NCBI GenBank assembly: GCA_963841215.1
Contig: CAWJBW010000001.1
Span: 5,332-69,331, forward strand
DNA length: 64,000 nt
DNA from: an uncultured Actinomycetes bacterium
Lineage (GTDB): Bacteria > Actinomycetota > Acidimicrobiia > IMCC26256 > PALSA-610
Direction of reading: 5' to 3'
Shown piece after piece: positions 29,758-38,433 of the stretch. The first letter of the stretch is position 1. Every line of letters begins with the position of its first letter. The position numbers and the translations under genes were made by a program. Below the pieces are notes generated by a model, which was not told where the DNA came from, did no database searches, and worked only from the letters and a program-made list of their open reading frames with translations.

Positions 29758-29868
29758 GGCAGCTCCTCGGTGGAGGAATCGTTGCCGCCATCCTCCCGGC
29801 CGGGCGCTAGCGACGCGCTAACGGTTGTGTCGACCCTCGGGCTCGAGGTGCTCGGTAGCGTTCGGCCC

Positions 29869-30879
29869 GTGGACCTCTCGACGGCGTTCGACGCCGTGGA
29901 CGCGGTCGCCGCCGACACCCGTTTCTCGGGTGTCGTTCGCATCGACCGCGGCAGCGAGCAGACACGCGCGCAGGCGTACGGCTTCGCGCACCGCGCGCTC
30001 CGCGTCCCGAACACCGTCGCCACCCGGTTCGGCATCGCCAGCGGCACGAAAGGGTTCACTGCCGCGACGGTCGTGAGCCTGATCGCAGAGGGCGCGATCG
30101 ATTTCACGACACCGGCCCGGTCGCTGCTCGGATCCGACCTTCCGCTGATCGACGACGACGTCACCGTCGAGCACCTGCTGGCGCATCGATCGGGAATCGG
30201 TGACTTCGTCGACGAGGACGCCGGCGGTGACATCGACGACTACGTGCTGCCGGTGCCGGTGCACGAGCTCGCCACGACCGAGCAGTACCTCGCCGTCCTC
30301 GACGGGTTCCCGATGAAGTTCCGGCCCGATGCGCAGTTCTCGTACTGCAACGGCGGGTACGTCGTGCTCGCGCTGCTGGCCGAACGTGCGTCCGGCGTGA
30401 GCTTCGCCGATCTGGTGCACGAGCGCGTGTGCCGGCCGGCCGGTCTCGCGGACACTGCGTTCCTCCGCAGCGACGAACCGACCGCGACTGCCGCGCTCGG
30501 ATATCTCGACGCCGACGGGACGCGAACCAATGTTCTGCACCTGCCCGTGCGCGGCAGCGGCGATGGCGGGATCTTCTCGACCGCCGCCGACATGCGCGCG
30601 TTCTGGGTCGCGTTCTTTGCCGGGAAGATCGTCGCGCCGGAGCGCGTGGCCGAGATGGTCACACCCCGGAGTGACGTACCGGAGGAGCGGAAGCGGTACG
30701 GCCTCGGTTTCTGGCTGCACGCGACCTCCGACGTCGTGATGTTGGAGGGGTACGACGCCGGCGTGTCCTTCCGGAGCATGCACGACCCGGCACGCGACGT
30801 CACCTGCACCGTGATCGCGAACACGTCCGAGGGCGCGTGGCCGATCGTGAAGGTGCTCGAGTCCTTCCTCGACCGATGA
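29869..30879 (+). CDS. Serine hydrolase, beta-lactamase family
   Basis: SxxK (ASGTK), LLAHRSG, YxN (YCNGGY); leaderless TAGCGT+7 nt+GTG. Confidence 0.9.
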   Translation: MDLSTAFDAVDAVAADTRFSGVVRIDRGSEQTRAQAYGFAHRALRVPNTVATRFGIASGTKGFTAATVVSLIAEGAIDFTTPARSLLGSDLPLIDDDVTVEHLLAHRSGIGDFVDEDAGGDIDDYVLPVPVHELATTEQYLAVLDGFPMKFRPDAQFSYCNGGYVVLALLAERASGVSFADLVHERVCRPAGLADTAFLRSDEPTATAALGYLDADGTRTNVLHLPVRGSGDGGIFSTAADMRAFWVAFFAGKIVAPERVAEMVTPRSDVPEERKRYGLGFWLHATSDVVMLEGYDAGVSFRSMHDPARDVTCTVIANTSEGAWPIVKVLESFLDR

Positions 30880-30891
30880 TCGCCGAGCCGT

Positions 30892-32059
30892 TCAGGGGCG
30901 CGGGAGCCCGCCGCCTCGGTACGCACGGGCAACGAAGCGAACGAACGCCTGCACCGCGTCTTCGGCCTGCGAGAACGGGCCCCGGCCGGAAGCCGCGCGA
31001 CGTCACGCCGCGCTGGACGCCTTCGCAGGCGTTCCAGTCCTGAGCGTTCGTGACGTGCCAGAAGTCGACTGCGTAGGCGGGATCGAAATCGGCGCGCGCA
31101 ACGGTGTCACCGGTGAACAGCCACTGGCACTCGACCAAGGACGTACCGGCCGACCGCGGTTCGATCCGGTGCGTCATCACGTAGTCGGGATGAAGGCTGA
31201 GGAGCAGGTTGGGGAAGATGCCGGCGTACAGCACCTGTCGCCGTCGAGTCGCGTCGAGCCCGGGGAGGAAACCGGCCGGGCTCTTCCCCGACATCGACAT
31301 CGTCTCGGCGTGCGCGGCGAGGTCCATCGTGCCGCCGAACCACGCGCCGGGGAGGTCGTAGTTGTCGCCGCTCGCCGGCGGGCTCACCGTGCAGAGCTCG
31401 GGATGAATCGCGGGGCAGTGGTAGCACTCGTGGTAGTTCTCGATCGGCAGCTTCCAGTTCGCTGCCAAGAGGTAGTCGTGCGACGCGCCGACGACGAGCT
31501 CCTCGCAGCCATAGGGCGCGATGAGCTCTTCGAGGCCACCGATCCAGCGCGCGAGCGGCACGGCGTCGCCCGAAACGTTGACCATCACCCAGCCGTGCCA
31601 CTCCTCGGCGCGTACACCGACGAGGCCGAAGTCGTTCGGGTCGAAGTCGGGCGGAGGGTCGAACCGCGGCGTCGCCCGCAGACTTCCGTCAGGTGCATAC
31701 GTCCAGCCGTGGTACGGACAGTGAATGGCGGCACGGTTCGCAGTCGTGCCGCACGGCATGAGCTCGTGGCCGCGGTGCCGGCAGACGTTGAAGAACGCCC
31801 GTACGTTGCCGTCGTCGCCGCGCACGACGACGACCGCGTCGTCGCCGATACGCACCGCCCGTCGGGCACCCGGCTCGACGAGATCGGCGGCGCGACCCGC
31901 GCAGACCCAACCGGCCGCGAACAGGTGTTCGCGCTCCCACGCCAAGACGGCTTCCGACGTGTATGCCTCCTGCGGCAGCATGCAGCCGCTACCGCCGGGA
32001 TCGAGGGCACGCTCGAGGGCATCATGGGGAAGGGGAGCGGGACGCGCCGGGTTCGCCAT
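30892..32059 (-). CDS. Rieske oxygenase alpha subunit, glycine-betaine/choline monooxygenase (GbcA-like) group; frameshift near 30980
   Basis: CRHRG...CPYHGW, NWKLPIENYHECYHCPAIH, FPNLLLSLHPDY, QDWNACEGVQRG; true end EDAVQAFVRFVARAYRGGGLPRP-TGA. Confidence 0.9.
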
Positions 32060-32072
32060 GTCACCGCCTTCT

Positions 32073-32100
32073 CTCTCTCGACGCCCGCTCTCTCGACGCC
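32073..32100. repeat. 15-bp-period tandem duplication upstream of the Rieske start
   Basis: CTCTCTCGACGCC at 32073 and 32088. Confidence 0.75.
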
Positions 32101-32150
32101 GTGTACCGAGGCTCGGGACGATTTCTACCCGAGGAGATGTTGCACGTCGC

Positions 32151-33175
32151 ATGACCGATCCCGTCCGTCAGACGCTCGAGCTCGGCGCGCAGTGGCCGAC
32201 GATCGATCCGTTCCTCTTCTGCGCGCACCACGACGACGCCTATCCCGCCGGCAACGACGCAGATGGGACCGGCCGCCTCCCTCGAGGGCCGCGACCTCGG
32301 CATGGACTTCGCGGGCCGCGACGGCTGGCGGATGTACCACGGGCGCGAGGTGCCCGGGTTCCCGCCGCACCCGCACCGCGGCTTCGAGACCGTCACCTAC
32401 GTGCGCAAGGGCTTCATCGACCACGCCGACTCGCTGGGCGCGGCGGCCCGGTTCGGTCGTGGCGACGTGCAGTGGCTCACCGCCGGTGGCGGCATCCAGC
32501 ACTCGGAGATGTTCCCGCTCCTCGAACGCGAAGACCCGAACCCGCTCGAGCTGTTCCAGATCTGGTTGAACCTCCCGGCTTCCGACAAGCTCGTCGACGC
32601 GTACTTCACGATGTTCTGGGACACCGACCTCCCGCGCGTCGTCGTCGGTGACCGGGCGCGGAGGCGACGATCACGGTGATCGCAGGCGCGCTCGACGGCG
32701 CCACGCCGCCGGCCCCGCCGCCGAATTCGTGGGCGAGCCGCCCCGAGTCGGACGTCGCGATCTGGCACGTCGTGCTCGAACCCGGCGCGACATGGGTGAT
32801 GCCGGCGGCCGCGGGTCCCGAGACGATTCGCACGTTGTACGTGTTCGACGGCGAGACGTTGAGCATCGAAGGCCACGACGAGCGCATCCCGGTCGACACC
32901 GGTGTCGTCGTCGACGCGCACGCCGCCGATCCGGCTCTCGAGCACCGACGGTGTGGAGGTGCTCGTTCTCCAAGGTCGCCCGATCGCGGAGCCCGTCGCC
33001 CGTTACGGACCGTTCGTGATGAACACGCGCGCCCAGATCGAGCAGGCGTTCGACGACTATCGGAGGACCGCAGTTCGGCGGCTGGCCGTGGCCGTCCGAG
33101 GACCCGGTGCACGAACGGGAACGCGGCCGCTTCGCCCGCCACGCCGACGGCCGGGTCGAAGAGGTCGCCGGCTGA
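32151..33175 (+). CDS. Pirin family protein (several frameshifts)
   Basis: [67 protein letters not shown]. Confidence 0.9.
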
Positions 33176-33183
33176 GCGAACCG

Positions 33184-33219
33184 CAGCCGCTTCGGCAGCC
33201 GCGTCAACAGCCGCGTCAG
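33184..33219. repeat. 12-bp tandem repeat x3 ending in the stop codon of the minus-strand gene
   Basis: CAGCCGCTTCGG / CAGCCGCGTCAA / CAGCCGCGTCAG. Confidence 0.75.
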
Positions 33220-34008
33220 CGGGGCGGAACGGGCCGGCCCTGGAAGTCGCCGATCAGCGACACCTGCACGCGCTCGCCGGCATCGCTACGTGCGAACTCG
33301 CTCAGCTTGTCGCGGTAGTAGTCGGCCCGGAGATCACCTTCGGACGCCGCGTTGTAGGTCGGGTAAAAGGCCCGGCGAGGCTCGGACGAATGATTCGGTC
33401 CACTGCGGTGCGGCGTGCGCGAGTGGAACCACAAGGTCTGGCCCGCGCGCACCTCGACCGGCTGCCAGTCGAGCGCGGCGAAGATGTCGGGGCGGATGCA
33501 CCCGTCGTCGTCGGTCGGGAGCAGCTCGTGATGCGCGCCGGACACGACTTCGAGCCCGCCGTTGGCCGCCGATGCGTCGTCGATCGCGACCATGCAGGAG
33601 ACGTGCGTGTCGACGAAGCGGTAGGCGGGCGCGTCCTGGTGCGGCGCGTATCCCGCACCGCCCGGCAGCTTGTAGTTGATCTTCTCCTTGTAGAGCACCG
33701 CCGGTTCGCCGAGGAGCGCGCCGGCGGCGTCGAGCATCGAACCGCTGGTGAGAAAGGCCCGCAGGGGTGCGTGGAACGGGATGAGGTTCTCGCTCCGGCA
33801 CAGCTTCGGGCCGTCGTCGGTCATCTCGTAGTGGTGCATCCAGCCGTCGCCGTCGGTGGGCCAGGTCGCGATCTCGTCCACCCAGTGCCGCAACTCGTCG
33901 AGCCCGGCCGGATCGACCGTGTCGGCGAGCACCCAGCCCGTGCGCGTGAAGTGTTCGACGGCGCCGGCATCGATGGTTGCGAACTGCGGGAGCCGCGCTC
34001 GATGCCAC
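33216..34008 (-). CDS. PhyH family Fe(II)/2-oxoglutarate dioxygenase (PhnY-like)
   Basis: [19 protein letters not shown] (HxD), [18 protein letters not shown]...RR. The N-terminus [14 protein letters not shown] extends past the ORF-track start; probable GTG at 34008 with one indel. Confidence 0.85.
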
Positions 34009-34019
34009 GGCTGCCGACA

Positions 34020-34316
34020 CTAATCCGGACGCGATCGCATGAGAGCTTGGATGTTGTCGCAAGCGTCGGCGCGGTTGCGTCGTGTGATGCCACATCCCGT
34101 ACAACGGTGCACGACGACGAACGCGCCGCGTTCGTAGTGCAGCCCGACCGGCTCCATGAGCGCGCGGCAGGTCGCGGCCCGATCGCCGGGATGCACGTCG
34201 ACGTGCATCGACCAGAGACACGCCGGACAGTGGTTCGTGTAGCCGTTCCCGGTGACACCTTGGGAACACCGGGCACAGCGAAAGTCTTCGCGCGTGCGCG
34301 TGAAGCGGCGCGACAG
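34020..34316 (-). CDS. RNHCP domain zinc-binding protein, CTG start
   Basis: Manual extension of ORF 34020..34208: (L)SRRFTRTREDFRCARCSQGVTGNGYTNHCPACLWSMHVDVHPGDRAATCRALMEP...HRCTGCG; SD GAGGTG 4 nt before CTG. Confidence 0.88.
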   Translation of the reverse strand: MSRRFTRTREDFRCARCSQGVTGNGYTNHCPACLWSMHVDVHPGDRAATCRALMEPVGLHYERGAFVVVHRCTGCGITRRNRADACDNIQALMRSRPD

Positions 34317-34322
34317 GAGGCA

Positions 34323-34385
34323 CCTCGCTTCGCCGATCCGAACGGGGCCGCGCCGGGACGATCCGTGGGTGGATCGCCGTCGAGG
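34323..34385 (-). promoter_or_regulatory. Putative translational attenuator leader of the RNHCP gene
   Basis: Segment 34371-34385 can pair with 34359-34364 (short hairpin) or with 34323-34339, which includes the SD. Confidence 0.45.
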
Positions 34386-34450
34386 GCGCGGGTGTCAGGT
34401 CGTCGAAGCCGGTACCTCCGTCTCCCACCGTAACCGCGGCCGACCCGACC

Positions 34451-34629
34451 GCGTCTGGAGCGGGAGAGTCACGGGGCGCACGCGGAAGCTCCAGACGCGA
34501 CGCTCGGAGGCGAGACCGAGCGCGTCTGGAGCGGGAGGGTCACGGGGCGAGCCGACGCGTCGGAGGCGAGACTCGAGCGCGTCTGGAGCGGAGGGTCATC
34601 GGGGACGCGGAGCTCCAGACGCGTCGCTC
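34451..34629. repeat. REP/BIME-like array of palindromic units
   Basis: GCGTCTGGAGC at 34451, 34522 and 34579; reverse complement GCTCCAGACGC at 34488 and 34612; shared loop GGGAGRGTCACGGGG and linker TCGGAGGCGAGAC. Confidence 0.8.
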
Positions 34630-34669
34630 GGGTTCGAGCGCGGTCTCGAGCGGTGTCAGCCGGCGCTGG

Positions 34670-35259
34670 TTACGCGGGTGACCAAGCGGGGTCGCGGCCG
34701 GCCATGCCGACGATGCGGTCGAGGAGTGGCGCGTCGGCGGGAACGTGCACGACCGGTCCGAACATGTCGCCGCGTTGGTCCGCAGTCTCGGGCGTGGAGA
34801 AGCCGGCGAGGAACTCGTGCACCGCGTCGAGGAGTTGCGGCTCGCACTCATAGGGTTGGGCACTCGCGCGGCGACGTCCCAGCCGTGGATCACGATCTCG
34901 TCGAGCGCGACGAGGCCGCCGATCTCGCCGGGGAGATCGACGCCACCCGCCTGGGTCATGCCCGTCCACGCAGCCGGGTCGCGCCACGCTTCGGCGAGCG
35001 CCGCCAGTTGTTCGGGGATGCGGACGTGCCAGTCGTCGCCGAGCCGCGCCGCATCGCCCGAAGGTCCCTGCGCGCTGTCGCCGCCGATCTCCTTGCGGGC
35101 TGCGGCGGTGAACGCGAGTGCGAGGCCGCCGATGTGGTCGATCAGGTCACCGAGGCTGTAGTCGGGACACGGTGTCGGCCCGGTGAGTGCATCGTCGGGA
35201 ACATTCGCGACGAGGGCCGAGAGGCGGCGAGCTGCTGGGGTCAGATCGACGGGTGTCAT
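34670..35259 (-). CDS. TIGR03086 family (MDMPI/DinB-like) metal-binding protein; frameshift near 34868
   Basis: PTPCPDYSLGDLIDH, AWRDPAAW, EIVIHGWDVA, FGPVVHVPADAPLLDRIVGMAGRDP. Confidence 0.88.
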
Positions 35260-35268
35260 GCCGGTTGA

Positions 35269-35295
35269 GACCGTCCGGTCGCGCGGAACTCATCG
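35269..35295 (-). promoter_or_regulatory. ECF sigma promoter, SigG/ECF56-like (CGATGA-N18-GTC)
   Basis: Minus strand CGATGA-gttccgcgcgaccggacg-GTC, 9 nt before the ATG; matches the recalled mycobacterial SigG consensus. Confidence 0.5.
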
Positions 35296-35389
35296 GCGGC
35301 CTTCGCGAACCGCGGCGCCGGCAGTCACGTACTGGTCCACAACTGCCGGTACCCCCCGCCGGCGGGCAGCACTACCAAAGGAAGCAGAG

Positions 35390-36391
35390 ATGAACAAACG
35401 AGCAATGATCCGGCGGGCGCCGATCGGTGTCGCCGGTGCGGTTGCCGCGCTGGCCATCGGCTTCGCGAGCCCCGCATCGGCCGCATCGACATCGGCGTCG
35501 GTCGCGAACGACACCCTTACCGTCTCCGGCAGTTCGGCGAGCGAGAGCATCGCGCTCCGGCTGTCGGTGAGCGATCCGAACCAGCTCGAGGTCGACTTCG
35601 GCGACGACGGCTCCGCTGACGGCACCTTCGATCGCAGCTCCTTCAGCACGATCGAGGTCTCGCTCCGCAGCGGCAACGACTCGTTCCGCGTCGACCAGAC
35701 GAACGGCACCTTCGCCGACGAGACGCTCGTCGTCGACGGCGGGAGCGGCAACGACACGATGGACGGCGGCGACGGCGCCGAAGTGTTCTACGGCCGCAGC
35801 GGTAACGATGCCGTCGACGGCAACCGCGGTGACGACTCCGCCTACCTCGGTTCCGGCAACGACAGCTTCCGCTGGGACCCGGGTGACGGCAGCGACCTCA
35901 TCGAGGGCGACAGCGGCACCGACACGCTCGACTTCAACGGTGCGGGCGCGCCGGAAGTGATGAGCCTGACGCCGAACGGCAGCCGGGCCCTGTTCCTGCG
36001 GGACGTCGCCAACATCCGCATGGACATGGACAACGTCGAGCGGCTCGACCTCACCGCCCTCGCCGGACCGGACACGATCACCATCGAAGACATGACGGGC
36101 ACCGACTTCCGTCAGGCGGACGTGGACCTCTCGGGTCCGGCCGGTGGTCCTGACGGCGAGGCGGACGTCGTCACGGTGAACGGTTCGAGGCGAGCCGACA
36201 ACATCGACGTCGAGGCCGACAGCGGCGACATCGACATCGAGGGCCTGCAAACCGAGACGCACATCTCGGGCAGCGAGCTCATCGACAACCTGCAGGTCAA
36301 CGCAGGTGACGGCAACGACGCCGTCGACGTCGAGGCCGACGTCAATGCGTTGATCACCGTGGCCATCGACCTGGGAGCGGGTCAGGTCTAG
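35390..36391 (+). CDS. Secreted calcium-binding protein with hemolysin-type (RTX) repeats
   Basis: Signal peptide ending ASPASA; repeats GGSGNDTMD, GGDGAE, GRSGNDAVD, GNRGDD, GSGNDSF, GDSGTDTL. Confidence 0.88.
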   Translation: MNKRAMIRRAPIGVAGAVAALAIGFASPASAASTSASVANDTLTVSGSSASESIALRLSVSDPNQLEVDFGDDGSADGTFDRSSFSTIEVSLRSGNDSFRVDQTNGTFADETLVVDGGSGNDTMDGGDGAEVFYGRSGNDAVDGNRGDDSAYLGSGNDSFRWDPGDGSDLIEGDSGTDTLDFNGAGAPEVMSLTPNGSRALFLRDVANIRMDMDNVERLDLTALAGPDTITIEDMTGTDFRQADVDLSGPAGGPDGEADVVTVNGSRRADNIDVEADSGDIDIEGLQTETHISGSELIDNLQVNAGDGNDAVDVEADVNALITVAIDLGAGQV

Positions 36392-36418
36392 CCGGCGGGC
36401 GACGCGCAATGCGTCGGG

Positions 36419-36450
36419 CAACGGGGCTCCCAGGGATGGGAGCCCCGTTG
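36419..36450 (+). terminator. Hairpin terminator
   Basis: CAACGGGGCTCCCA-GGGA-TGGGAGCCCCGTTG, perfect 14-bp stem. Confidence 0.75.
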
Positions 36451-36497
36451 TCGCGCGCGACGACGCACGGTGGTGCATGGTGTGGAGCGAAGGAGCC

Positions 36498-37144
36498 ATG
36501 ACGAACCAGTGGAGCACTCCTACGACTACCGCGAGAACCTCGAACGTGTGCGCCGGTCGTACGACGCGATGGTCGAGGTGCGCGACAGGAAGCCGGCCGA
36601 GGAGTGGAAGCAACGCGAGCGGGAGTCGTTCCTCGAACGAGTTCGGGCCGATGGAGGAACGCGCCTGCTCGAGGTGGGCGCCGGAACGGGCTTGCACGGC
36701 AAGTGGTTCGCTGATGCCGGACTCGAAGTGTTGTGCACCGACGCGTCGGCGGCGATGGTCGAGGCGTGCCGCGCCAAGGGACTCGACGCGTTGCAGATGG
36801 ACTTCCTCTCGCTCGATCCGGCCGGAACGTTCGACGCGGTGTTCGCGATGAACTGCCTGCTGCACGTTCCTCCTGACGACCTTCACGCGGCGCTGTGCGC
36901 GATCCACGATGTGCTCGTCCCCGGCGGCTGGTTCTTCCTCGGCCAGTACGGCGGTTTCGAGCGCGCGTCGACCTGGGCGGAAGACGTCTACGAACCGAAG
37001 CGCTTCTTCTCGTACCTGTCGGACGATGCGCTGCTCGGTGCCGTCGCGCGCGTCTTCGACGTCGTCGAGTTCCACACGGTCGACGTCGACGGCCTCGAAC
37101 CCGGTGCCCACTTCCAGGCGTTCACGCTCCGGCGTGCTTCATGA
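36498..37144 (+). CDS. Class I SAM-dependent methyltransferase
   Basis: LLEVGAGTG, FDAVFAMNCLLHVP, LVPGG; RBS AAGGAG before ATG 36498 (indel just after the start). Confidence 0.88.
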
Positions 37145-37149
37145 GTGCA

Positions 37150-38354
37150 TCAGTAGAAGTCCGGCATCCACGGCGGAGCGCCCGCGAACGCAGTCGCGAG
37201 CGCGTCCAGCGCGCCGGGATCGGACGTGCGCAAGAGCCCGGCAGTCGCGAGACGCCATGGCGACGCGTACCCCGTGTACAGGCTGGAGAAGGCACCGATC
37301 CCGAGCTCGACCTCACCGTCACCCCCGCGCGTGAGCCGGCCCTCGCCTCCTTCGACGACGAGTTGCCAGGGGCCGTCGTTCCAGTCGCACAGCGGATCGG
37401 CGACGCGCACCGACACGGAGACGTTCGTCCCGGTGCCGTAACCGCGCGCCGCGATCGCGCCGGGCGCGTCGATGAGACGCGCCATCCAGCGCCACCCGTC
37501 GTGTGCGCCGAGATCCTGCTCGGGCAGCGACAACAGCAGGGAGTGGTCCGGCGGTCCGGTGATCCGGCAAGTGGGTGCGATCGAAGACGACGTGCCGACC
37601 AGGCGCCAGAGCGCCTGCTCGACTGCAGGGTCGTCGGCCATGAGCTCGGCGACCTGCAGCGTCGCGAGGTTCTCGGTCGGCGGCCAGTGCAATCGGTACC
37701 GCACGTATCCGTCGACCGCACCATTCGTGCCATCGACGACGTAGATCTGTTGGTCGGGGCCGGCGTGGACGCGTTCCCACCAGTTCGCGCTGCGATCGAG
37801 GAAGCCCGGCGAGTTCCGCGCGAACGTGTGCGTAGCACGCTTCGATCGCGCTCCGATCGGACTCGGATGCGCGTCGAGTCGGCGTTCCGCGCCCGAGCGG
37901 CAGACGTTGCAGCTCGCGCGTCGGGAGCTCGAGCTTGCCCCACGTGCCGGCGAGCTCGAAGCCGATCCTGCGGTACAGCGCGTTCGTCGCCGGGTAGAGG
38001 CCTGACAGCACGAGCCCGCGCTCGCGCAACAGGGGATAGTGCACCGCGGCAGACAGTGGACCCGAAGCCACGGCCCCGGAACTCCGGTGCGACCGCGACC
38101 GGCGAATAGCCGCCCATCGGTACGGATCGACCGCCGAAGAACTGTCCGAAGTCGCGGATGCGTGCGCACGCAACCGGTTCGCCGTCGACCCACGCCGCGC
38201 GCACGCGGTCCGCCGGCGGTCCCTGCGCGAATCTGTCGTAGTCGGCGAGCGCCCAGCCGAAGGAACGACACAGCAGTGCCCACACGGCGCGCAGCTCGTC
38301 GTCGTCCCGGGGCGCGCGCACCTCCGGCGTGGCTGCTTGGACCGATCGCACCAT
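37150..38354 (-). CDS. Eis-like GNAT acetyltransferase with C-terminal SCP2 domain (frameshifted)
   Basis: QFFGGRSVPMGG, VAVAPEFRGRG, LYPATNALYRRIGFELAG, WMARLIDAPGAIAARGY, C-terminal PWMPDFY. Confidence 0.87.
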
Positions 38355-38433
38355 CCCCACGCTACGATTCCCGGTTCCCTTTCGGCGAGACATTCCCGGC
38401 CCGAGACGGTCTCGGCAACTGGAGACACGAACT

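Noticed and set aside
29758-29868. SAM-IV riboswitch upstream of the class V aminotransferase
   Set aside because: The expected conserved core (AGAG/UGAG...GGCAACC) is not visible in this short spacer.
33216-34316. RNHCP and PhyH in the same frame separated only by TAG (possible read-through fusion)
   Set aside because: One extra C in the run near 33988 explains it: removing it gives GTG 34008 [15 protein letters not shown], a normal PhyH start. Indels are common in this assembly.
34451-34629. Possible CRISPR array
   Set aside because: Only three irregular units, spacers similar to each other, and no cas genes in the window.
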